DNA of 64,000 bases from the NCBI RefSeq assembly GCF_000315625.1, contig NW_005434582.1, positions 152,768-216,767 of the forward strand, written 5' to 3'. Made by a program: the position numbers and the translations under genes. Shown here one piece after another: positions 10,682 through 23,000 of the stretch. This DNA is from Guillardia theta CCMP2712. Taxonomy: Eukaryota; Protista; Cryptophyta. Numbering within the stretch: position 1 is the first letter of the stretch; every line of letters starts with the position of its first letter. The notes beneath the pieces are model-generated. The model searched no databases and had not been told where the DNA came from. It saw only the letters and a program-made list of their open reading frames with translations.

Positions 10682-13502
10682 ATGCGTGTTGCAATGCTTG
10701 TCGCAACGTTGGCCACTTTCTTTGCAGAGAGCTCGTCTTTCTCCATCAGATTTTCCCAACCCTTCGCCTTCATAGGCACAACCCCGTTAACTCCAAGATG
10801 TAAAATTGTCAATCCAAAGGTATTTCTGGATAATCCTCTACTCATTTTCCTCCTGACTTTCGACAAAGTACTGCACGCTAGGACTGTCCATGGCGATGAT
10901 GGACAAAAGGCCAAACCATGGTGCTGACGACGAAAGCAATCGTGGCTTGCGCAAGAACAATGTAGGTTCATCCCCAGACGATGGTGCCCTTCCCGCTTCT
11001 ACTTCACAGCTGCAACTCAACTATTTGTTGATTAAGGTGATTTAGATATCAGTTGTTCATCAGAATTGTAAGTTGAATTCAGAAAATGCTGAACCAAGCT
11101 GTTCGAGAAGAAAGGTTCCATGATGCAAAGGCCCTAAAAAATCAACTTGACACCCTTCATAATCAAAATATGAAGGTTTCACCTTCGTTTTGTTTGCTTC
11201 CATGATCTCATTCTTGCTCAGGTATTGGAACACAAGGTTATGGACGAAGCTTCCAAGTTAAGGAATACTTTCAATGAAGAGCTTAGAAGAGATAAGCACA
11301 AAAGGCTGGAGAATGTAAGGCTTTAATTGCTAGGATTTGATATACGTTCTCACAATTGCTGCAGGAGTTGAGACTGCATGTTGCCTTGGAGGACTTTGAA
11401 AAAGCCAACGAAATTAAGATTGCGCTACAGCAGGAAGAAGAAAAGCGCAAAAACAGTAACACGCTCTCTTCAGCTATTTGGAAAAGACTCGACAATGTCT
11501 GGTTGGACTCTCAACTACATAACCGGATCGCACAAGCAAAAATCAAAGAACAAGAGGTTTTTTCTGATGACAAAAGGAGACTTGAGGTCGTATTTGCAAA
11601 TTAGTTACTCGATCTATCTGACTTGAAGCTATAGCATGAATTGCAGAAAGCTATCATTGCAGAAGAGTTTGAGAATGCAGCACAGATACTGGAAGAGTTG
11701 AAGAAAGAAACGCATACCCGAGAAGTTGAACGAATGTTCTTCGAGCTCAGACGAGGGATCGTACTGCACAATTCAGAGTTGGAACGACTTGCTCATGATC
11801 CGGTTTGCTGATGATTCTTATCAATCCGTCTCAATAAGTGTGTTTTCTGACAGGCAAAGCTTGTTGAGTATAAGATGAAGAATGCTGTAAATGCCGAAGA
11901 GTTTGAGAAGGCTGATGCATTGAAAAAAGAATTGGTCGGGCATGAAATCAAAAAAATGTATCATTCACTGTACACTCGAATCAAGGAGGAAATCAAAAAA
12001 GTAAGACGACCATCATTCGGTTTTGCTCAATCCTTGGATGATCAGTTGGAAGATTCAATCGCAGAGGAGGTGATAGAAATTTTAGTTCTGCTCTTTTGTT
12101 TCTTTGCTACAACTGCACCTCTGTTGTGGTTGGGCGAAAGTGTTCAGCTTGCTTTGGCATTAATGAAGTGATGGTTACCCGAATTCGATTGCCTTTTCAT
12201 AATCGCGCGGGAATCGCTGCAGTTACACTCAGTGTCTTGCAATTATTGGAGAGCTAATTTTGTTCACTGTGTTTTTGCAATTTAAGCCTTTTTGTTTATG
12301 AAATTTTTATTTCAAGACATGATTGCATATAGCAATAACTATTGTTTGTGCTTTTCTACAGGATTACGGCAAAGCCAAGGAAATTTTTGATCGCATGATC
12401 ACTGCGGACGAGAAGAAACGGTTGGAGGTCCAGATTGCTCGTGCTGCTGAGAGCAACAGGTTTACTCCTTGTTTTATGTTCGAGGTTCGTGGTGTTGACA
12501 TGATTTGCACTAGGTGGAAGTCAGTATCGGACCTAAGAGCGAGATTGGTGCGACTTTACGTAAACTCCATCAGCCGGCCAATTCTTACGACGCTCGGAGT
12601 GTCATTTCGTCCTCCGAGATTTCGTATCGGTGACACTGTCAAGCACAAGGGACTAGGATACAGGTGGTGACCTCTATTGATTATTTTCATATCAAAGGTT
12701 CACCTTGTGTTTTAGAGGTGTTGTGATAGGATGGGATGACAAGTGTCTTGCTACGGAGTACTGGATCAAACATTACAAGATAGACCAGCTTTCAAAAGGA
12801 AGGACTCAACGTTTTTATCATGTACGTACTTTGTATACATCTACAATTGTTCGTGAAAATGATTTATGTTGCAGATCCTTCCGGACACCCGTGATGTGTC
12901 GTTGATCCAACAGGTGTCATAGTTCTTCTGAATATGTTTGGCCTTAACGTTCTGCAAAGCACCACGAGCAATTATGGATTGCTGACTGCTGGTATGTATC
13001 ATATTTGTTGGGTTGGTTGCTTGACTATTATAACAGCCCTGCGTTCCTTTGTGGAGAAAGCGCTGATGATAGAAGTCCATTTATGCAAACAGGCATTTAT
13101 TTTCAAAAACAAAGCTTTTGCACTCATGATTCAAGGCAGGATACATCGCTGAAGAGTGCCTCGGGTTTCATGACTGCAAGGAGGAGGTTGGCTTACTGTC
13201 GTCTTTGTTGAATCCCTTCAGGTTTTCAGCTCGAAGGAGTTGATGAAAATTCGCTGATATCCTTGCAGATCCTTGAAGTCCACGTCTCCTATCAAGCATC
13301 CCTTGATACCTCATTACTTCTTTTCGTTCAGAAACGGAAGGTTTCGATCAAACTCAAGACTGAGGCAGCTTTTCTTCTATCATATGGTACAATTGTTTTT
13401 TATCATTGGGTTACTGAGAAGGAATGCGTTCAGCCTGAATGGCTTCAAGATGGAAGGCCCGATGACTCCGGGAAGAAGTATCATGGTTATGACATCAGCT
13501 AG
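10682..13502 (+). CDS. ClpF-like protein: bipartite plastid-type leader, about 6 UVR (UvrB/C) motifs, YccV/HspQ domain; multi-exon
   Basis: Leader MRVAMLVATLATFFAESSS-F. UVR-like motifs include AVREERFHDAKALKNQL, VALEDFEKANEIK, AIIAEEFENAAQIL, AVNAEEFEKADALKKEL and SIAEE|DYGKAKEI. YccV motif FRIGDTVKHKGLGYRGVVIGWD...QRFYH. Confidence 0.8.
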
Positions 13503-13607
13503 GGGATCACCGATTCCAGTATTTTCATGCTACCCAAATTGGACTTCAGCTGCTCTATCGGTGTGCAGTAAGGCTGCAATTACCTTCAATCTCCGAGGCT
13601 CGTGCAT

Positions 13608-13668
13608 GAAACATACGGTATTGTGAAACATACAGTCACGAAACATACGGTATTGTGAAACATACAGT
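13608..13668 (+). repeat. Short tandem repeat, 2 x 29 nt (period 32), made of four GAAACATAC(G/A)GT subunits
   Basis: gaaacatacggtattgtgaaacatacagt at 13608-13636 and 13640-13668. Confidence 0.9.
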
Positions 13669-14022
13669 AGTACGGTAGTGCCTGGCAGTTTCTGCCAGAG
13701 TGTAATAATGCTTTGTATCAAAAGAGTCAGTACCAAAATCTTTATGCCTGAGAGAATAGCCTGTGTCTCGGATTCTCCGGCGGAGCGGACTCGGACTCTC
13801 GCCACTGCCGCGGCCAGGGCAGGCCCGCCGGCCGGCCGGGCCACAGTGTGACCGGCGGGCGCGGGCCCGCTGACCTGCCCGCCGACCTGCCCGCCGACTC
13901 GGGCGTCAAGCAGTGGGGGATGAGGGCCCCATTTTCGAGCTATGGAGTTTTTCCACCCATGGGCAGTTGGTGGCGGGAAGAACAAATCAAGAGGAGAGTG
14001 AGGAGAGGAGGAGTTAGTGGCG

Positions 14023-17000
14023 ATGGTGGTGGGACAGCAGAGTAAGAGGATGATAGCGAAACTTGTCCTGTCTCGATTTCTTGCTCAGATGCTCCGCATC
14101 TTCAAGATGTGAAGGATCCCTGTGGAGAAAGACAGGTCAGTCACAGGACGGCCGAGATGCCCGCAAGGAAGGAAAGCAGAAGCAGTCTTGGAGATAAAGA
14201 CGAGAAAGACGAGATCGTTGAAGAGGATGGAGATCCAGGGAACAATCCGACAGCCACTGCCATGTTGCATGCATACTCAACTGGGGAGTTGGACCTGACA
14301 AACCTGGGTTTAGAAGTGTTGCCAGAGGAGGTTCTAACACAGAAACATGAAGCAGAGGGCAGAGAAGTGCGTCTTGTCGAGTTGATCTCTTCCTTAAAGC
14401 TTTCAGGGAACAGGTTGTCGAACATCTCAGACGAGCTCTGCAGCTTCGTTGCCCTCGCTTCCCTTGCATTGGATTCCAACAACATAATTGGATCCCTCCC
14501 GCAAGTTGTATCCCAACTGACTAGCTTGACTCGTCTGAGCTTTCAAAGCAACGAGATTGATCAGTTTCCAGATATCAGCCGTTTGTGCCAGCTGAAAGAG
14601 ATCAAAGCGAATGATAATGCACTCAAATACCTCCCCGCCTCTATACGCTCACTGACGTCACTCGAAATGCTGGACATCAGCTTCAACCAAATCGTTGTGC
14701 TCCCTGACGAGATCTGCGATTGCAAGTTGCTCAAAGTCTTGCGAGCATCCGGCAATCTATTGAAGAACCTCCCAAAGAACATTGACTCATTGAAGTCCAT
14801 GGAAGACCTTCGCATCGACTCGAACCCACTTGTCAGGATCCCCGTTTCTCTAGCGTTGTGGCCGCTGAACTCAATCACATACGACATCTCGTACCTGCAG
14901 TAAGTCTTGTCACTGATGTTTGCATTGTTATCACTGATGTTCCCATTGCCTGTGACCATGGCATAATGTTCACGAAAACATTTTGAAACATTTCTTGCAG
15001 GTCACCTCCTCCTGCTATCACAACAAAGGGAAAAGACTTCACGTTCCATTATCTAAGATTACTTCGCAATGCTGAAACAAGAAGAAGGCTGGTAAGGACA
15101 GGAGGTACTCTGAATCTTCTGTGGATGACGCGGCCTATGTTTCTAGGACCTCGACGAGTACGAGCTCGACAGCATTCCCATTGAAGTTTGCGAGATCGAT
15201 TCTCTCCTCTCTCTCTCCTTGAAATCAAACAAGATCACTCTCGTCGCCCACTCACTCACTATGCTGTCAAGGCTTGAACAGGTTGCGGCACATTGTCGTT
15301 TCCTTTTCTTTCTTCCCTTTCTTCCCCTTCTCTTCCCCGTCCGTATTCATTATCCTGCTTTGTTTTTGTGTTTGCCTACTGGCGTATTCTTCAATTCTCC
15401 CTCCCTNNNNNNNNNNNNNNNNNNNNNNNNNNNNNNNNNNNNNNNNNNNNNNNNNNNNNNNNNNNNNNNNNNNNNNNNNNNNNNNNNNNNNNNNNNNNNN
15501 NNNNNNCCTCCCTCCCTCCCTCCCTCCCTCTCCCTGTTTATACTTGACTCATTGAACGCAGCTGAACCTGTCGTATAACAAGATTCAAGAACTACCTTTA
15601 TTCTTCACTTCCTTCCAGCGCTTACAGATCCTTGATATCCGTTACAACCTCATCCGATCGCTTCCTAGAAACCTGGGCAAGTGTGATGCTCTAGAGTCCA
15701 TCCTCTGGGAGGGGAACGACATCCTCTCTCCCCCTCCTCTCATCCTCAACAGGGGGCACATGGCGATCATGAAATATTTGCAGCAGCTGTGCGATGCAGA
15801 CGAGACAGGAAAGATCGCCCTCTCCAGCCTCGGGCTCGTGGCTCTTCCGGGTGAAGTCGTTGAGCTCACTATGGTGACTCAGGTGAACATTTCCAGCAAC
15901 TCACTCACAAGCCTGCGGCCGATCAACCTCATGACTCAGCTGACGTCTTTGAACGCCTCCAACAATCGCCTTTGTGACATCGAGGTAGAGCTCAACGATC
16001 TCGTCCTCCTTGTCAAGCTCGACCTGTCAAACAATCGCATCAGGGATGTCTCCGGCGCTATCCGCAAGATGGCTGGCCTGTCAAGTTTGGACCTCTCCGC
16101 GAACCCCCTGCAGCTCATCCCCCAAGGCCTCTGGACTCTGACCAACCTGACGCACCTCCAGGTTGAAGACTGTCACCTCAACTTTCCACCTCCCGAGATT
16201 CTCGTCCGCGGGGTAAAGCCCATCCTCGAATTCCAGCGCACGGTGGAGAGGGGTAGGTACACAAGAAGGATCGACCTTGCGGGGATGGGGATTCGTGAGC
16301 TCTCGCTACCCCAGGACGTGTGGGGGGATTTGGTGATGATCAACTGCGACAAGAACTACTTGTCCCACCTCCCTCTCCAGCTAAACGCTTCAACTGGGCT
16401 GACGGAGCTCCGGGTGGCAAACAATCAGCTGCTCGATCTCCCCTCGTACCTGGATTTCTTCGGTGCTCTTGTTCTGTTGGATGCTCGCGACAACGTCCTG
16501 CAGTCTCTCCCTTCTTCTCTCACCCTCCTGTCCTCCCTCACTCGTCTTAGGATCTCTAGGAACAAGATAGAGGAGCTTCCCGAGGCCCTTGGCTCCCTCG
16601 TCTCCCTCACCGAGCTGGACGCTGACGAGAACGCTCTCTCGAGGCTCCCGCAGTCTCTCTGTGAGCTGAACAAGCTTCGAACCATCCGCTTGAGCTGCAA
16701 CAGCCTGTCGGAGCTCCCGCTGGGGGTTGGCAGGCTTGTCAACCTCGAGACTTTGACTTTGAGCGACAACAAACTGACAAGGATTCCTCTTAGCTTCCGC
16801 AACCTCTCAAGTCTCACCCATCTCAACCTGGCCGATAACGAGGACCTCGACCTTCCCCCTCCTCCTGTGGTGGCCCAAGGGATCGAGAGGATCAAGCAGT
16901 TTCTTCGCGGGGTTCACTCAACCCTCCGCTCCCAGCATCTCGACCTCTCAGGATTTTCTCTCAGCTTCATCCCCTCCTTCGTGAAGGGCCTGACCGACCT

Positions 17001-20000
17001 CAAGTCCCTTGACATCTCTCGGAACTCCATCGAGTCCTTAGAGCCCATCGTCAGTATCGCAAGCCTCCTCACCTCGCTCGATGCTCGAGAAAACAGCTTG
17101 ACTGCCCTCCCTGTTGCCGTAGGAGGAAGTCCAAGTCTGAAGGAGCTCTTCCTCGACCCCCAGATAATGGAGCAAGCAGCGGCCGAGCTCAGCTTGTCGG
17201 CCTCGCGGCATGTGGGAAGATATCTCTCGCTCCTCATGGGGGGGATGAGGAGTGAGAGGTTGGACCTCTCCAACCTCGGCCTGACATCGCTTCCTGTCAC
17301 TTACTTCAGCTCGGATCTGTGGAGCTCCTTCCTTCACGTCCTCGAGCTCTCACTCGAGAACAACCTGCTGCGCGATGTGACAGTCGTCTCAGTGTTGACC
17401 AACCTCCAGGTCCTGAACCTGAATCGCAACCAGCTGGACTCCCTGCCTGCAGAATTCACCGGCTTGACGAACTTGACAAGCTTCTCGATCCAGTCCAATC
17501 ACTTCCTGCAAGCTCCAGCCTGCCTGCAATTATGGACGGGCCTTAAGGAGCTCGATCTCTCACACAACAAGATCACTGTTCTCCCCGTGCAGATCCTCCA
17601 GCCGCTCAAGGAACTCTCCCAAGTGGATGTCAGCTCGAATCAGCTGGTCGAGGTGCGGGGTCCGATCTGGATGCTCCCCAAGCTGAAGCAGCTGCTCGTC
17701 TCGGAGAACCCCATCGTCTCCCCTCCCATGACTTTCGTCTCGCGAGGGAAGCGAGCTGTCATGTCCTACTTTGCGTCCATCGAGTCTGCGCACAAGAACC
17801 GGAAGCTCGACCTGAGCTCGACGATGCTACAAGCCATCCCGAGTGAAGTGTTTTCAGTCAAGAGTTTGACGTCCCTCCATTTCGAGGACAACAGCCTGAC
17901 GGAGGTACCCAGCAGCATCTCAGTGCTTGTCAACCTCTCCGTCCTCTCTTTCAAGAACAATCAGATCGTAAAAGTCAGCGAGGCGATCTCTTCCTTGAAC
18001 AGCCTGCGGGAACTTGAGCTCTCTGACAACCAGATTGCAGAGCTACCGATCCTCTCAATGGTGTCCCTCACCAACTTGTCGTCTCTGGGACTCGCTGCAA
18101 ACAATCTAGACTCACCTCCCTTCGAGCTGTTTCTCTCTACCTCGCTCAAGAAGATCAAGCTCGCAGACAACCCGCAGCTCACTTCGCTCCCTCCTCACCT
18201 CCTCGAGGCCCAGGAGGGAGAGGCTCTTGTCGCCTTCCTGCGTTTGGAGGCCATGGCGCTGGTGACAGGCAAGATGATCCTTTCCTCACAGCAGCTTTCT
18301 TCTTTCCCAAGAGAAGCTTTCAGGGTTCCCATCCTCACTGAGCTCAACTTGTCCTCCAACAAGATCGCGAGGATTCCTGAGTCCATGGAGCAGCTTTCGT
18401 TGCTGTCAAAGCTGCTGCTGGAGAACAACTTCCTTGACGAGTTAGATCCGTCTCTGGGGTTGTGCGTTACCTTGAATGAGATTCGGATGGCAGGGAACGA
18501 GCTGACAACTTTGCCAGACCTCGCAAGGTTGTCAAACCTGACGTTCTTTGATCTATCGAGAAATCACTTCTCGTCTCTCCCTGCCACTCTGCAGTATTGT
18601 ACAGTTCTCTCCCACCTCAACATGTCACACAACTTGCTCGAGACCCTGCCTGAGTGGATATGCAACATGTCCAGCCTCAAGTATCTTTACGTCACTCACA
18701 ATCGCCTCACAACCATTCCCATCCAGATGGCAGAGCTCAAGCGTCTCAAGGACTTTGACTTCTCTGACAACGATATCGACTTCCCTCCTGCCTTCATTGT
18801 TGAGAGCAGCTGGGAGACGGTCAAATTGTTTCTCGGCAAGCTGCAAGGGGCTCCTTCTTCCAAGCAGGTTGACCTCTCTGGGCTGAAGATGCAATCTTTC
18901 TCTTGTCACACCTACATCGCGTCGTTCGGCCTGACCCACCTCAACTTGTCGGATACGGGTTTGCGCCATCTCAGAGAAGACGTCTCCCGCCTCCTCCATC
19001 TTCGGCTGTTCGACCTCCGCAACAATCTCATGACAAGCCTGCCGGGAAGCCTCGGAGCTCTCAAGCAGCTGGACACTCTCTTGGTCGACAACAACAAGCT
19101 TACTGAGCTGACAGCTGCAATCTCAGACTGTTCATCCCTTACCTTCCTCTCGCTCAGCAAGAACAATCTTACCTCTCTCCCCCCTCCACTTGGAATCCTC
19201 ACTTCCTTGAAGACCCTTCAAGTGATGGACAATCAGCTTGTCTCCCCCCCGGACTTCTACGTCCGCAGGAGGACTCTCCCTTGGACCCTCGCCTACCTCC
19301 GCGCGCTTGACGCTGCTCATGACCAGGGTCATCTCCAGCTCAACGGGATGAGCCTGTCGGAGATCCCGAGCGACTGCCTGCAGAAGACGTCGGTAGTGAA
19401 GTTGAGCCTGAACAACAACGACATCCGAGACATTGCCAAGTCCGTCAGCTCCCTGCAGGCTCTGCAGGTGCTTGCCCTGGCCAACAACAAGCTGACGCAG
19501 CTGCCGGACAGTGTCTGCGGGCTGACAACACTGCAATCCCTCATCATCGATGACAACATGTTGAAGGACTTGAACACCAACATCGTCCAGCTAGGGTCTC
19601 TCATCAACCTCTCCTTCGCTCACAACATGATCTTGATGCTTCCCCAGGAGCTGTCAGCGCTCAGTCGGATCAAGAAACTCTGCGCTGACGGCAATCAGAT
19701 GGGAGAATTCCCTTCAGTCACGATGCAGATGACCACTCTCCAGGTCCTCTCGCTCAGGAAGTGCGGACTAGTCGATGTCCCGCCCAACATCACAAAGCTG
19801 GCAAACCTGCTAGAGTTCAACGTGGCTGACAACCTTCTCGACTCCCTACCGTCCCTCTCGGCTCTGTCTCAGCTGCAGATCCTGCGCCTATCAAACAACA
19901 GATTCCAAGAGCTCCCCAGCACGATCCCATTGCTCACACAGATGAAGGAGCTGTCCATTACCGGCAACATGATCCAATCTCTGCCTCCTGAGTTCGCGTC

Positions 20001-23000
20001 GCTGTCAAAGTTGGACACCCTCCATCTTGACGGCCAGAACTTCGACTCGATCCCCAAGGAAATCGTCAGGCAGGGAGGGCGAAGGGTTCTTGACTATATG
20101 AGGAGGCTGAACAATGCTGAGATGACGAGATCGATTGATCTGACCAATATGAACCTTGCAAAGGTCCCAACCTCCGTGTTTCTCATCCCCTCGCTGCAGC
20201 ATCTTGTCTTGAGCAGCAATCCTGTTAGTATCCTTCCGCCGAGCATCTCTCTTCTCTCTTCTCTCCGAACTCTCTCGGTCAAGGACACGCAAGTGAGAAG
20301 CTTGCCCTTGGAGATGAGTCACTTGCTCGAGCTCAACGCTCTAGAGCTCGACGAGGAAAAGATGGTGTTTCCCCCAGCTGATGTCTGCGGCAAGGGGACA
20401 AGAGAAGTGTTGCTATACCTCAGGAAGGTTGCGAATGCTGCCCAGCTAGGCAAACTTGACCTGAGCAACTGTGGGATGCGCGATATTCCTCTCCAGATCG
20501 CCTATCTCTCAGGTATCACCGCGCTGGATCTGTCAAAGAACAGGATCACCAGGATCCCAGCTGAAATGGCTCTACTGGTCGAGCTGGAGACCCTGGACCT
20601 GCAGGGCAACCCGTTGCGCCCTCACCTGCAGGACATCGTGAACCGGGGGGTCGACGCGCTCAAGAGGTATCTCAAGTGCCTACACCATGCCCTCCAGACA
20701 GGGAAGGTAGACATTGTAGGGCAGTCCCTGCGGTTCTATCCCGATGATATCCAGCTGGAATGGAACGTCAACTTCCTCCGGCTTGACGACAACCAACTGC
20801 AGCACCTGCCGAGCAAGCTGGGAACGCTGGTGAACTTGACGTGCTTGTCACTCTGCAGCAACAAACTTGCCGAGCTGCCAGACAGCACCAGCAAACTCAT
20901 CAATCTCCAGACAGTCCTGCTGGACTTGAATGGCTTCTCTCGACCTCCTGCTTGTCTGTTCAAGCTAATGAGGCTGAAATGTCTGTCGATTACCAACAAT
21001 CAGCTTGAGGGAATTGACGACGAGGTAGGCAATCTCAAGAATCTCGAGAAGCTGAATGTTCAGATGAACTCTTCTCTCACGCACCTCCCTCTTTCTCTTG
21101 GCAGACTCAGCAAGCTGGAGGAGATACTGTTTGATGAGTCGACTGTAAACCTGCCGGATGCTCATTTCCACGGGGAGAAATTCTTTTGGTACCTCAAGAA
21201 GCTCGACGAGTCGACCAGGACACACACTTTGGACCTGAGTAACCTCAAGTTGAGCACAATGCCAGCTGAAGTTCTCCTCCTCTCCTCCCTCACTGTGCTC
21301 TCCCTGGCGAGGAACAAGATCGAGCATCTCCCTGAAGAGCTCGGCCACCGGCTGTCACAGCTTCGTATGCTCGACCTGGAGTCCAACAAGCTGAAGAAGC
21401 TCCCGGACAGCATCGGGTACGCAAGGCACCTCACCTGTCTCTGCGCGTTGGGCAACGACATCCAGCTCATCCCCAGCAGCCTCGGAGTGGTGCACGATCA
21501 TGGGATGCTCCTCGAGCTGGACCCGGACAAGCTCATCTCGCCTCCAGCTGAGATTTTCGGCAAAGGAATGACTTTTACCCTGTCGTACCTCTTGATCCTC
21601 GAGAGGGCTCGAGAGTCCAGACAGCTCTCGCTCAACAAGTGGAGTTTGTTCTCCTTGCCCTCAGAGATCTGCTGGATACCCTCCCTCACAGACCTCACAG
21701 TCGACTTCAACCTTCTCAAGAGGATCCCAGCAGAGATTGAGCTGCTGACGAACTTGACGAGCTTGTCAGCCCAGCACAACGAGCTTGAGGCGCTTCCTCC
21801 TGAACTCTCCGCCATATCCACATTGAGATCGCTCATGGTGGAGGAGAATCCGTTCTCACTCAACTTCCCAACGAAGGCTCAGCGATCGAAAGATATCGAT
21901 TCCATTCTTGGCTTTCTGAGGTGAATCACTGTAATGCTTCCTCTTGTTCTGACACGTCCCGCTCTCTTCGTTTCCTTCCTGTGCACTCTTCCTACATTGT
22001 CTTGTCCCCATTGCTCTCTTTTTCTCTTCTTTCTCTTCTTGCATCCTCTCCTTCTGTTCACTTGCAAACCAGGGAGGTCTACATGGCAAAGAGGCAGTCG
22101 TCCATACTCGACATTGGCAAGCTAGGAATTGACGAGCTTCACCTAGAGGGAAGTACTCTCAGCTCCCTCCGCAACCTCCGTCTCGATGGCTCCCCGCGCG
22201 TCAACCTGGAGAATTTTCTTTTGACAGGGTCCAAAGTCCAGCTCGAGTGCCTGCAGGAGATCAGCATGAGGGAGAGCAGCATCTCCGAACTCCCGCCGTT
22301 CTTGACATGTCTGTACAACTTGAAGATCCTGTGCCTGGACAGGAACCGCTTCTCGTCCATTCCCACTCCTCTCTGCGTGCAGTTTCCGATGCTCGAAGAG
22401 CTGCACATGCCCTACAATCAGATCACTTCCATCTCCGAGGAAGTATCCCTGCTGACTGCGCTCAGGATTCTCAACCTGGGCAACAACCTTCTGACATCCC
22501 TTTCTGAAGTCATTGGAGAGTGCGTCACTGCACTGCATGTGATCTCTGTTGTGCGTTCATGCTCTTGCGTAATGACGAGTCTTCCTGCAGGACCTCCATG
22601 TCGGTCACAACCAGATCTCCTTCCTACCCGCCAACCTCACCAGGATCGCTGGGTCCCTCAAGCTCCTCGACCTTGAGAGCAACCTGTTCACCTCCCTCCC
22701 TTCCGTCGTGCTCTCTCTGACGAGGCTAGAGGAGTTGCGATTGGCTGGAAACGACCTGTCCCAGCTCCCGCTCGAGCTGGGAAGGCTGGTGTATCTCAAA
22801 TCCTTGACTGTGCCCATGACAGACCTTGGAAGCGTCCCCAAGGACGTTGTAGAGGCAGGAGGAGCTGCAGTGGTGCGGTACATCTGCGGGGTGACGGATT
22901 GTGAGAGCACAGGCTTCCTTGACTACTCCTCGCTCAACCTCCGCTCGATTCCCAGCTCTCTCCGCCTCCTCCTGACCTCCCTCACCACCCTCAAGCTGGA

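Noticed and set aside
13608-13668. Possible CRISPR-like repeat
   Set aside because: Only two units with a 3-nt gap, no unique spacers, no cas genes, and a eukaryotic context.
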